Assembly: GCA_965250005.1 (NCBI GenBank)
Contig: OZ252279.1
Location: forward strand, 180,001-212,000
From: Demequinaceae bacterium
GTDB taxonomy: Bacteria > Actinomycetota > Actinomycetes > Actinomycetales > Demequinaceae
DNA: 32,000 nucleotides
Direction of reading: 5' to 3'
Part shown: piece by piece, positions 7,964 through 17,538 of the stretch
Numbering within the stretch: the stretch's first letter is position 1
Layout: the number at the start of each line of letters is the position of its first letter
Program-made: the position numbers and the translations under genes
Notes under the pieces: generated by a model
The model's database searches: none
What the model saw: the letters and a program-made list of their open reading frames with translations, nothing else
What the model was told of the DNA's origin: nothing

Positions 7964-8389
7964 ATGCGCTTTTCAAAGGCCCTCGGGCTCGCCATCGCCG
8001 GAGTGTTGTCTCTGTCGGCGTGCAACCTTAACGCCGCCGCAGACCTCACTGTGGGCGACTGCTTCAACGACAACTTTGGTGACGCCGAAGAGGTGTCAAC
8101 CGTTCCCACCGTGGATTGCGACAAGTCGCATAACGCCGAGGTCTACCACGTGTTCGACGTCAACTTTGGCGGGACCTATGACGAGGACGCCGTCCTCACG
8201 GCCGCCGACGAGGGCTGCTTCGCCGCGTTCGAGGCCTACGTGGGCATCAGTTACGAGGAGTCGCTCGTCTACTACTTTGGCTTCTACCCACTGCTCGTCG
8301 GCTGGAACGACGGAGACCGTGAGGTCATTTGCTACCTGACGATTCCCGACGAGAACCTCACAGGTTCGCTCAAGGGGTCCGGGCGCTAG
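7964..8389 (+). CDS. Small Cys-rich lipoprotein (septum-formation-domain-like), tandem copy 2
   Basis: SD TAGGAGAAG precedes the ATG at 7964, and the lipobox is LSLSAC. The four-Cys pattern matches copy 1 (GDCF / VDCDKSHNAEV / GCF / ICYL). Confidence 0.75.
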   Translation: MRFSKALGLAIAGVLSLSACNLNAAADLTVGDCFNDNFGDAEEVSTVPTVDCDKSHNAEVYHVFDVNFGGTYDEDAVLTAADEGCFAAFEAYVGISYEESLVYYFGFYPLLVGWNDGDREVICYLTIPDENLTGSLKGSGR

Positions 8390-8396
8390 TTGCCCG

Positions 8397-9521
8397 CTAC
8401 TCACCAACGCTGACGCCGGGGAACACGCTGTGTTCTTCGGCGGTCGCGTTGAACCACGTGGCCGATGCCATAGTTGCGTCAAATGCGGCCGACAGCAGCC
8501 ACCCGCGTGCCTTGGGTTGGTCGCCGGACTCAACTGCGTCGCCAAACGCCGCCATGTAGGTCGTGGCGATGTTCAGCTCGATCTCGCGCGCGAGCGCGTA
8601 CTGGGCATCCACGTCCGCGAGGGCCGCAGGGTCGATAACATAGGCTGGCGCACGCGGGTCGTCTAGAGGTTCGCGGGGCTCCGCCTCGCTTGCCTGCGCC
8701 TTAGCGAGCGCCACCAGCGCGTTGGCGCGCAGCCAGTGAAGGCGCCCGCGGGCGAGCGAGGCTGCTCGTCCCTCGCCACCATCACGCGCGGCAATCACGT
8801 CGTAAACGAACGCAGCGTGGTCGTGCGCGATGATCATGGCGCGCAGCGCTTCCGGGTCGAGCGCGGCGAGCGAGTCGGCTCCGGGCAGCACTGAATCGAG
8901 AGTGAATCCGCCGGCCGGAGGTAGCGTGCGCTCCGCGACTCGTGCCGGAGCGCCTCCAGCGGCTTCGGCATTCAGGTGCGCCGTCATCGCCGCTGCTACT
9001 GCCTGCGACAACCCGATAGACCCCAGCAGCCTCGCGAGCGACGGGTCATCGAGCGTGAGCGCCCCCGCGAGAGTAGTGTCGCGCGCCCTGATCACCGAGT
9101 ACCCGAGCTGCGGGTGCGATGGTAGTGGCGGCATGGACGGAGACGGCTCGGCGTCAGGGGACGTGTCGGCATAGGCGACGTACACGCCGCCAAGGGCATC
9201 GAGTTGCGCGACGATCGCGCGCTCCTCGAACGCCCGCGCGTACGCGGTGCCGGGAGCCTCCCCAGGTAGTGCACCGGGCTCCAGTGCGGCGGCCACTTGG
9301 GCGAGGGCGAGCGCGGCGGCGTCACGCGCGATTTCAGTTTCCGTGGCGGGCGGGTATGTGGGCTCCGGGGTCTCGATGCGCCAGCTGCAACCCGTGAGGC
9401 CTAGGCCCATGACCGCGGCGAGCGCCGCGCTGGTCACAGTACGCCCAGACACCCGCGGGCGCGTCGGCGCCGCTCGCGAAAGACGAATCCGGGACGCCAT
9501 GGCGGTAATCATCGCATGCAC
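8397..9521 (-). CDS. Ala-rich secreted lipoprotein, DUF4439 / ferritin-like family (tentative)
   Basis: The lipobox is GLGLTGC. The C-terminal half (IIAHDHAAFVYDVIAA...HWLRANAL...APAYVI...LAREIELNIATTYMAAF) fits my recollection of the DUF4439 pattern. The same position and orientation between proS and rimP is occupied by Ala-rich proteins in Mycobacterium. The start is uncertain: GTG 9521, ATG 9512 or ATG 9500. Confidence 0.6.
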   Translation of the reverse strand: MHAMITAMASRIRLSRAAPTRPRVSGRTVTSAALAAVMGLGLTGCSWRIETPEPTYPPATETEIARDAAALALAQVAAALEPGALPGEAPGTAYARAFEERAIVAQLDALGGVYVAYADTSPDAEPSPSMPPLPSHPQLGYSVIRARDTTLAGALTLDDPSLARLLGSIGLSQAVAAAMTAHLNAEAAGGAPARVAERTLPPAGGFTLDSVLPGADSLAALDPEALRAMIIAHDHAAFVYDVIAARDGGEGRAASLARGRLHWLRANALVALAKAQASEAEPREPLDDPRAPAYVIDPAALADVDAQYALAREIELNIATTYMAAFGDAVESGDQPKARGWLLSAAFDATMASATWFNATAEEHSVFPGVSVGE

Positions 9522-9594
9522 GCTGCAGCACCGTAGACTGATGTCACAGCAATTTCAGAAACGGAACGCGAATACCGTGTGGGGAGGCGACGCC

Positions 9595-10056
9595 ATGGAC
9601 GTATCGGCGCGAATTGCCGACCTGGCGGCTACGGCCGCACAGAAGCACGGCTTGGACGTAGAGACCGTCAAGATCTCTGCCGCCGGCAAGAACACCCGTG
9701 TGCTCATTACCATTGATTTGCCTGAAGACCAGGTGGGTTCTGCGGCCCTCGACGACGTTGCCGCAGCCTCCCGTGCGATCTCCGAGGTTCTTGACGAGGC
9801 TAACCTTCCGCCCGGACCGCACACGCTCGAGGTGTCAACTCCGGGCACCGATCGCCTGCTCACCACGGAGCACCACTTCAAGCGCGCCCGCACGCGCCGG
9901 GTCACCGTCGAGCTCAACGACGGCGTCAAAATCACCGGCAGGCTGTCCAGCGTGGCCGACGGGGAGGTGTTGCTCGAAACCGAGGACGGGCCGGCAGCCA
10001 TCCCTCTCAGCAACATCGCGACTGGCTCCATCCAGATCGAAATGAAGCGGAAGTAG
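9595..10056 (+). CDS. rimP: Ribosome maturation factor RimP
   Basis: The ATG at 9595 is preceded by GGGGAGG. The sequence is RimP-like ([21 protein letters not shown], with a C-terminal SH3-like part) and lies immediately upstream of nusA. The long track ORF from 9247 is antisense to the neighbouring gene and was rejected. Confidence 0.8.
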   Translation: MDVSARIADLAATAAQKHGLDVETVKISAAGKNTRVLITIDLPEDQVGSAALDDVAAASRAISEVLDEANLPPGPHTLEVSTPGTDRLLTTEHHFKRARTRRVTVELNDGVKITGRLSSVADGEVLLETEDGPAAIPLSNIATGSIQIEMKRK

Positions 10057-10058
10057 AC

Positions 10059-11132
10059 ATGGACATTGACCTCGAAGCGCTCAAGGGCTTGGAGCGCGAG
10101 AAGGACATCACCTACGCGGTGCTGATCGACGCCATTGAGCAGGCACTGGTGAGTGCGTATCACAAGACTCCTGGCTCGCACGAGCATGCCCGCGCCGTGA
10201 TCGACCGGAGCACGGGCAAGGTGAGCATCATGGCTCGTGAAGACCCGGTGCCCGGCGAGGACGGCGTCGTGCCGCCCGCGGACCCGCGCGCGCCCGAGTT
10301 TGACCACACTCCGGACAACTTTGGCCGCATCGCGACAGCGACCGCGCGCCAGGTGATTTTCCAGCGCCTCCGCCAGGCGGGGGACGACCACGTGTTGTCC
10401 GAGTACTCGGACAAGGAAGGTCAACTGGTTAGCGGCATCATCCAACAGGCCAGCGATCCCCGCAGCGTCCACGTGGACATTGGCGATGTAGAGGCGCTAC
10501 TGCCCGCGCACGAACAGGTTCCCCATGAGTCCTACAAGCACGGCGAAAGGCTGCGCGGCTACGTTCTCGAAGTCACCAGAGGGATGAAGGGTCCGTCCAT
10601 CACCATCAGCAGGACCCACCCCAACCTGGTGCGCCGCCTGTTCGAACTCGAGGTCCCGGAGATCGCTGACGGCACCGTTGAGATTATGGCGCTCGCCCGC
10701 GAGGCAGGGCACCGGTCCAAGATGGCCGTGCGCGCCAACGTCGACGGAGTGAACGCCAAGGGCGCGTGCATCGGACCGCTCGGCTCGCGTGTGCGGGCCG
10801 TTATGGCCGAGTTGCACGACGAAAAAATTGACATTGTGGACTGGGACGACGATCCGGCGACGTTCGTCGGAAATGCACTGTCCCCGTCGCGCGTGGTGAG
10901 CGTGACCGTAGTGGACGAGGAGGCACGCGCCGCTCGCGTCGTCGTCCCCGATTACCACCTGAGCCTCGCCATCGGCAAGGAGGGGCAGAACGCGCGGCTC
11001 GCGGCTCGACTCACGGGCTGGCGCATTGACATTCGGTCAGATGAAGCCCCAGAAGAGCCCGCAGCCGCCGCTTCAGATCGCCCCGCCGTCGCGGTGAATA
11101 CTGCTGACGGCGCGGACGACGCGCCGGCCTAG
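10059..11132 (+). CDS. nusA: Transcription termination/antitermination factor NusA
   Basis: It has an N-terminal domain, an S1 domain and two KH domains ([33 protein letters not shown]), in the conserved rimP-nusA-infB order. Confidence 0.95.
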   Translation: MDIDLEALKGLEREKDITYAVLIDAIEQALVSAYHKTPGSHEHARAVIDRSTGKVSIMAREDPVPGEDGVVPPADPRAPEFDHTPDNFGRIATATARQVIFQRLRQAGDDHVLSEYSDKEGQLVSGIIQQASDPRSVHVDIGDVEALLPAHEQVPHESYKHGERLRGYVLEVTRGMKGPSITISRTHPNLVRRLFELEVPEIADGTVEIMALAREAGHRSKMAVRANVDGVNAKGACIGPLGSRVRAVMAELHDEKIDIVDWDDDPATFVGNALSPSRVVSVTVVDEEARAARVVVPDYHLSLAIGKEGQNARLAARLTGWRIDIRSDEAPEEPAAAASDRPAVAVNTADGADDAPA

Positions 11133-11149
11133 CGCAACCCGGTACACTA

Positions 11150-11452
11150 GTGACGCCGAGAAACCAGTCTCGTGCACCCGAACAAGGCGCCACGGGCCCG
11201 CAAGGACCGCAGCGCACATGCATCGGGTGCAGGCGGCAGGCGTCTCGGTCGGTCCTTGTGCGACTGGTAGTGAGCGGCGGCAACGTCGTGATCGACCAGA
11301 GTCAGAGCATGCCGGGACGGGGCGCATACGTGCACCCCGCATCGGATTGCATGGCCACGGCACTTGATAGGCGGGCCGTCGGCAGAGCACTTCGAAATGC
11401 CGACGCAGATGCCTCAGGACTGACCCCATCCACCATTGAAGAATCGGGATGA
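11150..11452 (+). CDS. ylxR: YlxR/DUF448-family RNA-binding protein
   Basis: The signature RTCIGCR...GRGAYV is present. It starts with GTG and occupies the canonical position between nusA and infB. Confidence 0.8.
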   Translation: MTPRNQSRAPEQGATGPQGPQRTCIGCRRQASRSVLVRLVVSGGNVVIDQSQSMPGRGAYVHPASDCMATALDRRAVGRALRNADADASGLTPSTIEESG

Positions 11453-11504
11453 ATCCCATGAACAAGCGATGAGTAACTCAAAATGAGTTCCGCTCGGTAA
11501 CGAT

Positions 11505-11537
11505 GGTTCGGCCCTGTCTTGGTCGAACCGAGACAGG
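11505..11537 (+). promoter_or_regulatory. Two mutually exclusive hairpins in the infB leader; one pairs with part of the Shine-Dalgarno sequence
   Basis: GGTTCG (11505-11510) pairs with CGAACC (11524-11529). CCTGTCT (11513-11519) pairs with AGACAGG (11531-11537), and the AGG of that arm begins the SD AGGAGA, 7 nt from the GTG at 11544. Confidence 0.35.
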
Positions 11538-11543
11538 AGAATT

Positions 11544-14243
11544 GTGGCTAAGCCCCGCGTCCATGAGATTGCCAAAGAACTTGGTGTCTCGTCCAAGGAC
11601 CTGATCACCAAACTCAACGAAATTGGCGAATACGTTAAGGGTCCCTCGTCAACCCTTGAAGCGCCCGTCATCCGCAAGGCCAAAGAGGCCTTTCCCGCGC
11701 CCAAGGTCAAGCCCGCGGCCAAAAAGCCTGCGGCTAAGAAGCCCGCCGCCAAGAAGCCCGCGGCCAAGGCTGCTCCCTCAGCTCCGACGCCCGAGGCACC
11801 TGCCGAGGCTGCACCCGCCGCAGCGCCTGCGGCTGACGCACCCGCACCCGCCGCTGCGCCTGCGGACACGGACGCCAAGCCCGCGGACGCCAAGTTCACC
11901 GAGGCGAAGCCCGCTGACAGTAAGGACGGCGACGCACCGGCCAGTGACATGCCGCGCCCGCGCCCGCGGCCCGGCGGCAACAACCCCTTCAACGCTCCGC
12001 GGCCCCGTCCGCGCCCGGGCGGCAACAACCCGTTCCAGACCAATCGTCCTCCGGGACGCCCCGGTAGCGGCCCGGCACGTTCAGGCGGCCCGGGCGGATC
12101 TGGTGGCGCTCCGGCGCGCACCGGTGGCCCTGGCGGTGCCGGCGGTGCAGGTGGCGGCGGCGGAAACTACCGTGGTGGACCGGGCGGCGCCGGAGGGCCC
12201 GGCGGAGGCCGCGGTCCCGGCGGCGCAGGTCGACCAGGCGGCGGGCCTGGCGGCCCTCCCCGCGGTGGCAGCGGCGGTCCAGCAGGTCGCGGCCGCGGTC
12301 GCGGCGGAGGCACCGCAGGAGCATTCGGCAAGGGTGGAGGTCGCCCGGCGAAGAGCCGCAAATCCAAGCGGGCAAAGCGGGCTGAATATGAGCTTCAGCA
12401 GGCGCCGGCAATCGGAGGCGTCCAGGTCCCTCGCGGCGATGGCACCACTATTCTGCGCCTGCGGCGCGGTGCGACGCTCGCGGACTTCGCTGAGAAAATC
12501 GACGTCGATCCCGCTTCGCTTGTAACCATACTTTTCCACCTGGGCGAGATGGCTACGGCCACGCAGTCCCTGGACGAAGAGACATTCGAAACCCTGGGAG
12601 CCGAGCTCGGCTACCGCATCGAGATTGTGTCGCCTGAGGATGAGGACCGCGAGCTGCTCGAGGACTTCGGGCTCGACCTCGATGCCGAGCTCGCTGCCGA
12701 GACCGACGAAGATCTCGAGGATCGCCCCCCGGTGGTCACCGTCATGGGTCACGTCGATCACGGTAAGACCAAGCTGCTTGACGCCATCCGCAAATCTGAC
12801 GTTGTGGACGATGAGGCTGGTGGCATTACGCAGCACATCGGCGCCTACCAAGTCCACCACATTCACGAAAAGGTCAACCGCGCCATCACATTCATTGACA
12901 CCCCGGGCCACGAGGCGTTCACCGCCATGCGTGCCCGAGGTGCCCGCGTCACCGACATCGCGATCCTTGTGGTTGCGGCAGACGACGGCGTGATGCCGCA
13001 GACCATTGAAGCGCTCAACCACGCGCAGGCGGCAAACGTGCCGATCGTGGTTGCCGTCAACAAGGTGGACAAGGAGGGCGCCAACCCTTCCAAGATTCGC
13101 CAGCAGCTCACCGAGTACAACCTGGTCGCCGAAGAATTCGGCGGCGACACCATGTTCATCGACGTGTCCGCGCTCAAGGGCGACGGCGTTGACAACCTGC
13201 TTGAGGCGGTGTTGCTTACCGCCGACGCCGGGCTTGACCTACGCGCCAACCCGAACAAGTCCGCTCGCGGCGTGGCCGTTGAAGCGCACCTCGACAAGGG
13301 CCGCGGCGCGGTCGCTACTGTCCTGGTGCAGTCAGGAACCCTGCGGATCGGCGACTCGATCGTGGCGGGAACGGCCCACGGCCGCGTCCGCGCCATGTTC
13401 GACGAGCACGACCAGGAGGTCGAAGAGGCGTTGCCCGCGCGTCCGGTGCTGGTGCTGGGCCTGACGTCCGTGCCGGGCGCAGGCGACAGCCTACTCGTGG
13501 CAGACGACGACCGTACGGCCCGCCAGATCGCGGACAAGCGTGAAGCTGCCAACCGCGCGGCCCAGCTCGCCAAGCGCCGCAAGCGCATCAGCCTCGAGGA
13601 CTTCACCCAGGCCCTCGAAGACGGCAAGGTCGACACGCTCAACCTCATCATCAAGGGCGACGTGTCCGGTGGTGTGGAAGCGCTCGAGGACGCTCTGGTG
13701 GCGATCGAGGTGGACGACAGTGTCGACCTACGGATTATTCACCGCGGTGTCGGTGCCGTAACGCAGAACGACGTCAACCTGGCTACCGTCGACAACGCGA
13801 TAATTCTCGGGTTCAACGTGCGTCCTGCCGAACGCGTGCAGGAACTCGCGGACCGCGAGGGCGTTGACATGCGTTTCTACTCGGTCATATACCGTGCGAT
13901 CGAGGACATCGAAGCAGCACTCAAGGGCATGCTCAAGCCCGAGTTCGAAGAGAAGCAAACCGGCTCGGCCGAGATTCAGGAGATTTTCCGCTCCTCGAAG
14001 TTCGGAAATATTGCCGGTTGCATGGTTCGCAGCGGTACGATTCGCCGCAACGCCAGGGCGCGCATATCCCGCGAGGGGGTTGTGCTCGGCGAGGCCGACA
14101 TCGAGACACTGCGCCGATTCAAGGACGACGCCACCGAGGTCAAGGACGGGTTCGAGTGCGGTATTGGTCTCGGCAAGTTCAATGACATTCAAGTGGGCGA
14201 CGCCATTGAAACCTTCGAGATGGTGGAGATTCCGAGGACCTAA
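11544..14243 (+). CDS. infB: Translation initiation factor IF-2
   Basis: GTG start with SD AGGAGA. The N-terminus is [20 protein letters not shown]. GTPase motifs are [13 protein letters not shown] and NKVD. The long low-complexity Pro/Ala/Gly N-terminal region is typical of actinobacterial IF-2. Confidence 0.95.
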   Translation: MAKPRVHEIAKELGVSSKDLITKLNEIGEYVKGPSSTLEAPVIRKAKEAFPAPKVKPAAKKPAAKKPAAKKPAAKAAPSAPTPEAPAEAAPAAAPAADAPAPAAAPADTDAKPADAKFTEAKPADSKDGDAPASDMPRPRPRPGGNNPFNAPRPRPRPGGNNPFQTNRPPGRPGSGPARSGGPGGSGGAPARTGGPGGAGGAGGGGGNYRGGPGGAGGPGGGRGPGGAGRPGGGPGGPPRGGSGGPAGRGRGRGGGTAGAFGKGGGRPAKSRKSKRAKRAEYELQQAPAIGGVQVPRGDGTTILRLRRGATLADFAEKIDVDPASLVTILFHLGEMATATQSLDEETFETLGAELGYRIEIVSPEDEDRELLEDFGLDLDAELAAETDEDLEDRPPVVTVMGHVDHGKTKLLDAIRKSDVVDDEAGGITQHIGAYQVHHIHEKVNRAITFIDTPGHEAFTAMRARGARVTDIAILVVAADDGVMPQTIEALNHAQAANVPIVVAVNKVDKEGANPSKIRQQLTEYNLVAEEFGGDTMFIDVSALKGDGVDNLLEAVLLTADAGLDLRANPNKSARGVAVEAHLDKGRGAVATVLVQSGTLRIGDSIVAGTAHGRVRAMFDEHDQEVEEALPARPVLVLGLTSVPGAGDSLLVADDDRTARQIADKREAANRAAQLAKRRKRISLEDFTQALEDGKVDTLNLIIKGDVSGGVEALEDALVAIEVDDSVDLRIIHRGVGAVTQNDVNLATVDNAIILGFNVRPAERVQELADREGVDMRFYSVIYRAIEDIEAALKGMLKPEFEEKQTGSAEIQEIFRSSKFGNIAGCMVRSGTIRRNARARISREGVVLGEADIETLRRFKDDATEVKDGFECGIGLGKFNDIQVGDAIETFEMVEIPRT
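11952..12041 (+). repeat. In-frame 45-nt tandem repeat inside infB encoding [13 protein letters not shown](NA/QT) twice
   Basis: IF-2 residues 137-151 and 152-166 repeat. The two nucleotide copies differ mainly at synonymous positions. A separate KPAAK x4 run lies at 11709-11768. Confidence 0.8.
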
Positions 14244-14752
14244 TGGTTGATTCCGCCCGAGCGCTCAAACTGGCGGGCACGATCAAAAGGATCGTGGCCC
14301 AGGCTCTAGAAAACGACATCAAGGACCCCCGCCTGGGGTTCGTCACCGTGACCGACGTTCGCGTCACGGGAGACCTTCAGCAGGCGTCGGTGTTCTACAC
14401 CGTGCTCGGTGGCGAGCTCGACCGCGAGAACACTGCGGCCGCGCTCGAGTCCGCGCGCGGGCGGCTCCGATCGCACATGGGCGGTCAGCTGGCTATCCGG
14501 CTAACTCCCACGCTTGACTTCTTCTTGGACGCGGTGCCAGAGACGGCGGCGTCCATCGAGGAGGCGCTACACAAGGCTCACGAGGCCGACGCAGCCGCCG
14601 CCGCGCTACGGGCCAAGGCCACCTACGCGGGCGAGGCGGACCCGTACAAGCGCCCGGAGCCGGAGTCCGAACCGAAGTCCGACGGCGAGCCCGAACGGGA
14701 AACCGAGCCGCAGCCTGTAGCGAGCGCTGAGCCGGATGGCAAAGACTCCTAG
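14243..14752 (+). CDS. rbfA: Ribosome-binding factor A, with an acidic C-terminal extension
   Basis: The ATG overlaps the infB TAA (TAATG). The RbfA core reads [27 protein letters not shown]. Confidence 0.9.
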   Translation: MVDSARALKLAGTIKRIVAQALENDIKDPRLGFVTVTDVRVTGDLQQASVFYTVLGGELDRENTAAALESARGRLRSHMGGQLAIRLTPTLDFFLDAVPETAASIEEALHKAHEADAAAAALRAKATYAGEADPYKRPEPESEPKSDGEPERETEPQPVASAEPDGKDS

Positions 14753-15674
14753 GCCGGAGCCCGCCCCCGGGTTGCTCGTGGTCGACAAGCAAGCGGGCTG
14801 GACGTCGCACGACGTGGTTGCGAAGGCCCGCGGCATCCTCGCGACCAAGAAGGTTGGACACGCGGGCACACTCGACCCCATGGCCACCGGCGTACTCGTC
14901 CTGGGCGTCGGCAAGGCCACCCGGCTGTTGACGTTTGTCGTGGGCGCGGACAAGGACTACACCGCGACCATCCGGCTGGGCCAAACCACCATTACGGACG
15001 ACGCCGAAGGCGAGGTCGTAGTCGAAGTAGACGCTTCCAGCGTCACTGACGCCCAGATCATGGAAGCCGTGCGTTCACTAACCGGGAACATCTCGCAGGT
15101 GCCCAGTTCCGTCAGCGCAATCAAAATCGACGGCAAGCGCAGCTATGCGCGCGTGCGCGGGGGAGAAGACGTGGTGATTCCCGCGCGTCCGGTGACGGTC
15201 AGCCGCTTCGAGGTACTGGACGTCCGCCGCGCAGGCACCATGGTGGACGTCGACGTGGAGGCGACCGTGTCATCCGGCACGTACATTCGAGCTCTCGCGC
15301 GTGACGTGGGTGCAGGCACTGGCGTCGGTGGCCACATCACAGCCCTGCGACGCACGCGTGTCGGCCCTTTCGGTCTTGCTGAAGCGCGCACGTTGGACCA
15401 GATACAGGCGATTGCGGATGCTGGGGAGAAACCTGGGTCCATCTCGCTCGCTGACGCGGCTGCGCGCACAATGCCGTCCATCGAGGTTTCTGATGAACAT
15501 CGAGAGGAGCTTCGGCACGGCCGGGGCATACCGCTCAACGCCTCTGCCGCGACCTTTGACGGAAAGGCCGCAGCGATTTCGGTGGCCGGTACGCTGGTGG
15601 CGATCGTCGAGGCCAGAGGCGAGGTCCTTCGGCCCGTTATTGTCTTCGATGGGATCGAGGGTTCCCGCCCATGA
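14736..15674 (+). CDS. truB: tRNA pseudouridine(55) synthase TruB
   Basis: [16 protein letters not shown] and the catalytic-Asp motif [14 protein letters not shown] are present. It overlaps the rbfA 3' end by 17 nt. Confidence 0.9.
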   Translation: MAKTPRPEPAPGLLVVDKQAGWTSHDVVAKARGILATKKVGHAGTLDPMATGVLVLGVGKATRLLTFVVGADKDYTATIRLGQTTITDDAEGEVVVEVDASSVTDAQIMEAVRSLTGNISQVPSSVSAIKIDGKRSYARVRGGEDVVIPARPVTVSRFEVLDVRRAGTMVDVDVEATVSSGTYIRALARDVGAGTGVGGHITALRRTRVGPFGLAEARTLDQIQAIADAGEKPGSISLADAAARTMPSIEVSDEHREELRHGRGIPLNASAATFDGKAAAISVAGTLVAIVEARGEVLRPVIVFDGIEGSRP

Positions 15675-16672
15675 CGGCTGTTTGGCGCTCGCTCGACGAG
15701 GTGCCCGCAGACTACGGCCCGACCGTCGTCACGCTCGGCAATTTCGACGGCGTTCACCGGGGCCACCAGGCCGTCCTGAGCACCATGGTGAGCGATGCCC
15801 GCGATCGGGGTCAGCGCGCGGTCGCGGTTACATTTGACCCCCACCCCCTCGCGGTTCACTACCCGGATAGGCTCCTCACGCTCATTACTGGGATTGCGGA
15901 CCGGCTTGACCGGCTGTGCGACCTTGCGCTGGACGCGACCCTCGTGGTCGAGTACACGCTTGACTTTGCAGCGCAGACGCCTGATGAGTTCGTCAAGAAC
16001 TACTTTGTGGACGGCTTGCGCGCGGCGACAGTGGTTGTGGGCAAGGACACCAAGTTCGGCGCGAATAACGCAGGCGACGCACAGACGATGCGGGGGCTCG
16101 GGGCTAAGTACGGTTTCGAAGTCGAGGTGGTCGAGGAGGCCCACGGCCCGGCGAACGGGGACGAGCGCGAGTGGTCCTCCACGTGGATTCGCGAACTGCT
16201 CGCCGCGGGACGCGTCGCTGACGCTGCCAGGGTGCTGGGACGCCCACATCGTGTTCGCGGCGTTGTGGTTCACGGAAACAAACTGGGCAGTGAGATCGGA
16301 TTTCCTACGGCGAACATCGAGGTGACAGCCGGGATGGTTCCCGCTCACGGCGTCTACGCTGGCTGGCTCATGGTGTTGGCGAGCCCCGATGGAGTCGACA
16401 CCCGCGACGTCGCCGTATACGCCGAGCACTACCTCGGAAGGCGCTTGCCGGCCGCCATCAGCGTGGGGGTCAACTCCACCGTCGGCGGCACCGAAGTTCG
16501 TGTCGAAGCGCACGTCATCGGCATGGACGACATCGATCTATACGGCTCGACGGTCGCGCTCGACCTCGTCGATTACCGCAGGCCCATGGTGGATCTCGGA
16601 TCGATCGAGGCGCTCACGGCGGCGCTTGCCGAGGATGTCGATTGGGCAAAACAGGTGCTAGATCAGTCTTAG
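15671..16672 (+). CDS. ribF: Bifunctional riboflavin kinase / FMN adenylyltransferase
   Basis: The motif GNFDGVHRGHQ and a C-terminal riboflavin kinase domain (GFPTANI) are present. The start overlaps the truB stop as ATGA. Confidence 0.9.
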   Translation: MTAVWRSLDEVPADYGPTVVTLGNFDGVHRGHQAVLSTMVSDARDRGQRAVAVTFDPHPLAVHYPDRLLTLITGIADRLDRLCDLALDATLVVEYTLDFAAQTPDEFVKNYFVDGLRAATVVVGKDTKFGANNAGDAQTMRGLGAKYGFEVEVVEEAHGPANGDEREWSSTWIRELLAAGRVADAARVLGRPHRVRGVVVHGNKLGSEIGFPTANIEVTAGMVPAHGVYAGWLMVLASPDGVDTRDVAVYAEHYLGRRLPAAISVGVNSTVGGTEVRVEAHVIGMDDIDLYGSTVALDLVDYRRPMVDLGSIEALTAALAEDVDWAKQVLDQS

Positions 16673-16698
16673 GCACTGACAAGCGTGCCGTGGAGCAC

Positions 16699-16704
16699 TA
16701 GTGT
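16699..16704 (+). promoter_or_regulatory. Putative -10 element (TAGTGT) for a leaderless gluA transcript
   Basis: TAGTGT lies 6 nt upstream of the ATG at 16711, with no SD. Confidence 0.3.
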
Positions 16705-16710
16705 CAAGTA

Positions 16711-17484
16711 ATGGCCAAAGACAACGTTGTCGGGGCGGCTCGCAAGGGTAACTTGCTGGTCTCCATGACCAATGTGAACAAGCACTTCGGTGACTTGCAC
16801 GTTCTGCAGGACATCAACCTTCACGTGAAGAAGGGCGAGGTAGTAGTAGTCATTGGGCCATCTGGCTCCGGGAAATCCACACTATGCCGCACCATCAACC
16901 GGCTCGAGACCATAGACGACGGCACGATCGAAATCGATGGCGAACCGCTGGCCGACGAGGGCAGCGCGCTCGCAAGGCTTCGTGCGGACGTCGGAATGGT
17001 TTTTCAATCGTTCAACCTCTTCGCGCACAAATCCATTCTTGAGAACGTGATGCTCGGCCCGCTCAAGGTCAAGAAGATGCCGAAGGGCGACGCCGAGGAG
17101 CTCGCTTTGAGTCTGCTGAAGCGGGTGGGGATCGCGGAGCAGGCGGACAAGTATCCCGCTCAACTCTCGGGAGGCCAGCAACAGCGGGTAGCAATCGCGC
17201 GCTCCCTGGCCATGCAGCCCAAGGTGATGCTCTTCGACGAGCCCACCTCGGCTCTCGATCCCGAGATGATAAACGAGGTCCTAGACGTCATGACCGACCT
17301 TGCGAAGGAAGGCATGACGATGATTGTTGTCACTCACGAAATGGGCTTCGCCCGCATGGCTGCGGACCGCGTCGTATTCATGGACGAAGGGCAAATCGTC
17401 GAAGAGGCAACACCAGAACAGTTCTTCACCAATGCCAAGAGTGCCAGGGCGAAGGACTTCCTGTCCAAAATCTTGACGCACTAG
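16711..17484 (+). CDS. gluA: Polar amino-acid (glutamate-type) ABC transporter, ATP-binding protein
   Basis: Walker [10 protein letters not shown], signature [13 protein letters not shown] and Walker [12 protein letters not shown] are present. The gene order matches Corynebacterium gluABCD. Substrate assignment is by analogy only. Confidence 0.85.
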   Translation: MAKDNVVGAARKGNLLVSMTNVNKHFGDLHVLQDINLHVKKGEVVVVIGPSGSGKSTLCRTINRLETIDDGTIEIDGEPLADEGSALARLRADVGMVFQSFNLFAHKSILENVMLGPLKVKKMPKGDAEELALSLLKRVGIAEQADKYPAQLSGGQQQRVAIARSLAMQPKVMLFDEPTSALDPEMINEVLDVMTDLAKEGMTMIVVTHEMGFARMAADRVVFMDEGQIVEEATPEQFFTNAKSARAKDFLSKILTH

Positions 17485-17538
17485 TTGCGCCAGGGGGCCG
17501 CGCAAAAACGCGTCGGCGCCGATCGAAGGAGAAACCAA

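Larger units (their letters stand above)
7345..8416 (+). repeat. Diverged tandem duplication (two units of about 510-520 bp, period about 555-564 bp), each carrying one lipoprotein gene plus relics of both flanking genes
   Basis: Unit 1 spans 7345-7861 and unit 2 spans 7909-8416. The proS tail CTCGCGCGCTAGCGTGGGC recurs as CTCGCGCGTTAGCGTAGAC at 7909. The SD context TTCGATAGGAGA recurs. The 3' segment ...GGGCGCTAGTTGC(G/C)CGCTACTCACCAACGCTGACGC recurs at 7826-7861 and 8381-8416. Confidence 0.8.

Noticed and set aside
9555-10472. A 305-aa ORF on the minus strand
   Set aside because: It is antisense to rimP and nusA. It is a shadow ORF.
11414-13022. Minus-strand ORFs of 235 aa and 313 aa, and a plus-strand 300-aa alternative frame
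   Set aside because: They overlap the low-complexity, GC-rich N-terminal and G-domain coding region of infB. The IF-2 frame is established by [13 protein letters not shown] and NKVD.
15143-16513. A 456-aa ORF on the minus strand
   Set aside because: It is entirely antisense to the well-supported truB and ribF genes. It has an Arg/Ala/Gly-rich composition, no recognisable motifs and no SD. This is a typical shadow ORF of GC-rich DNA.
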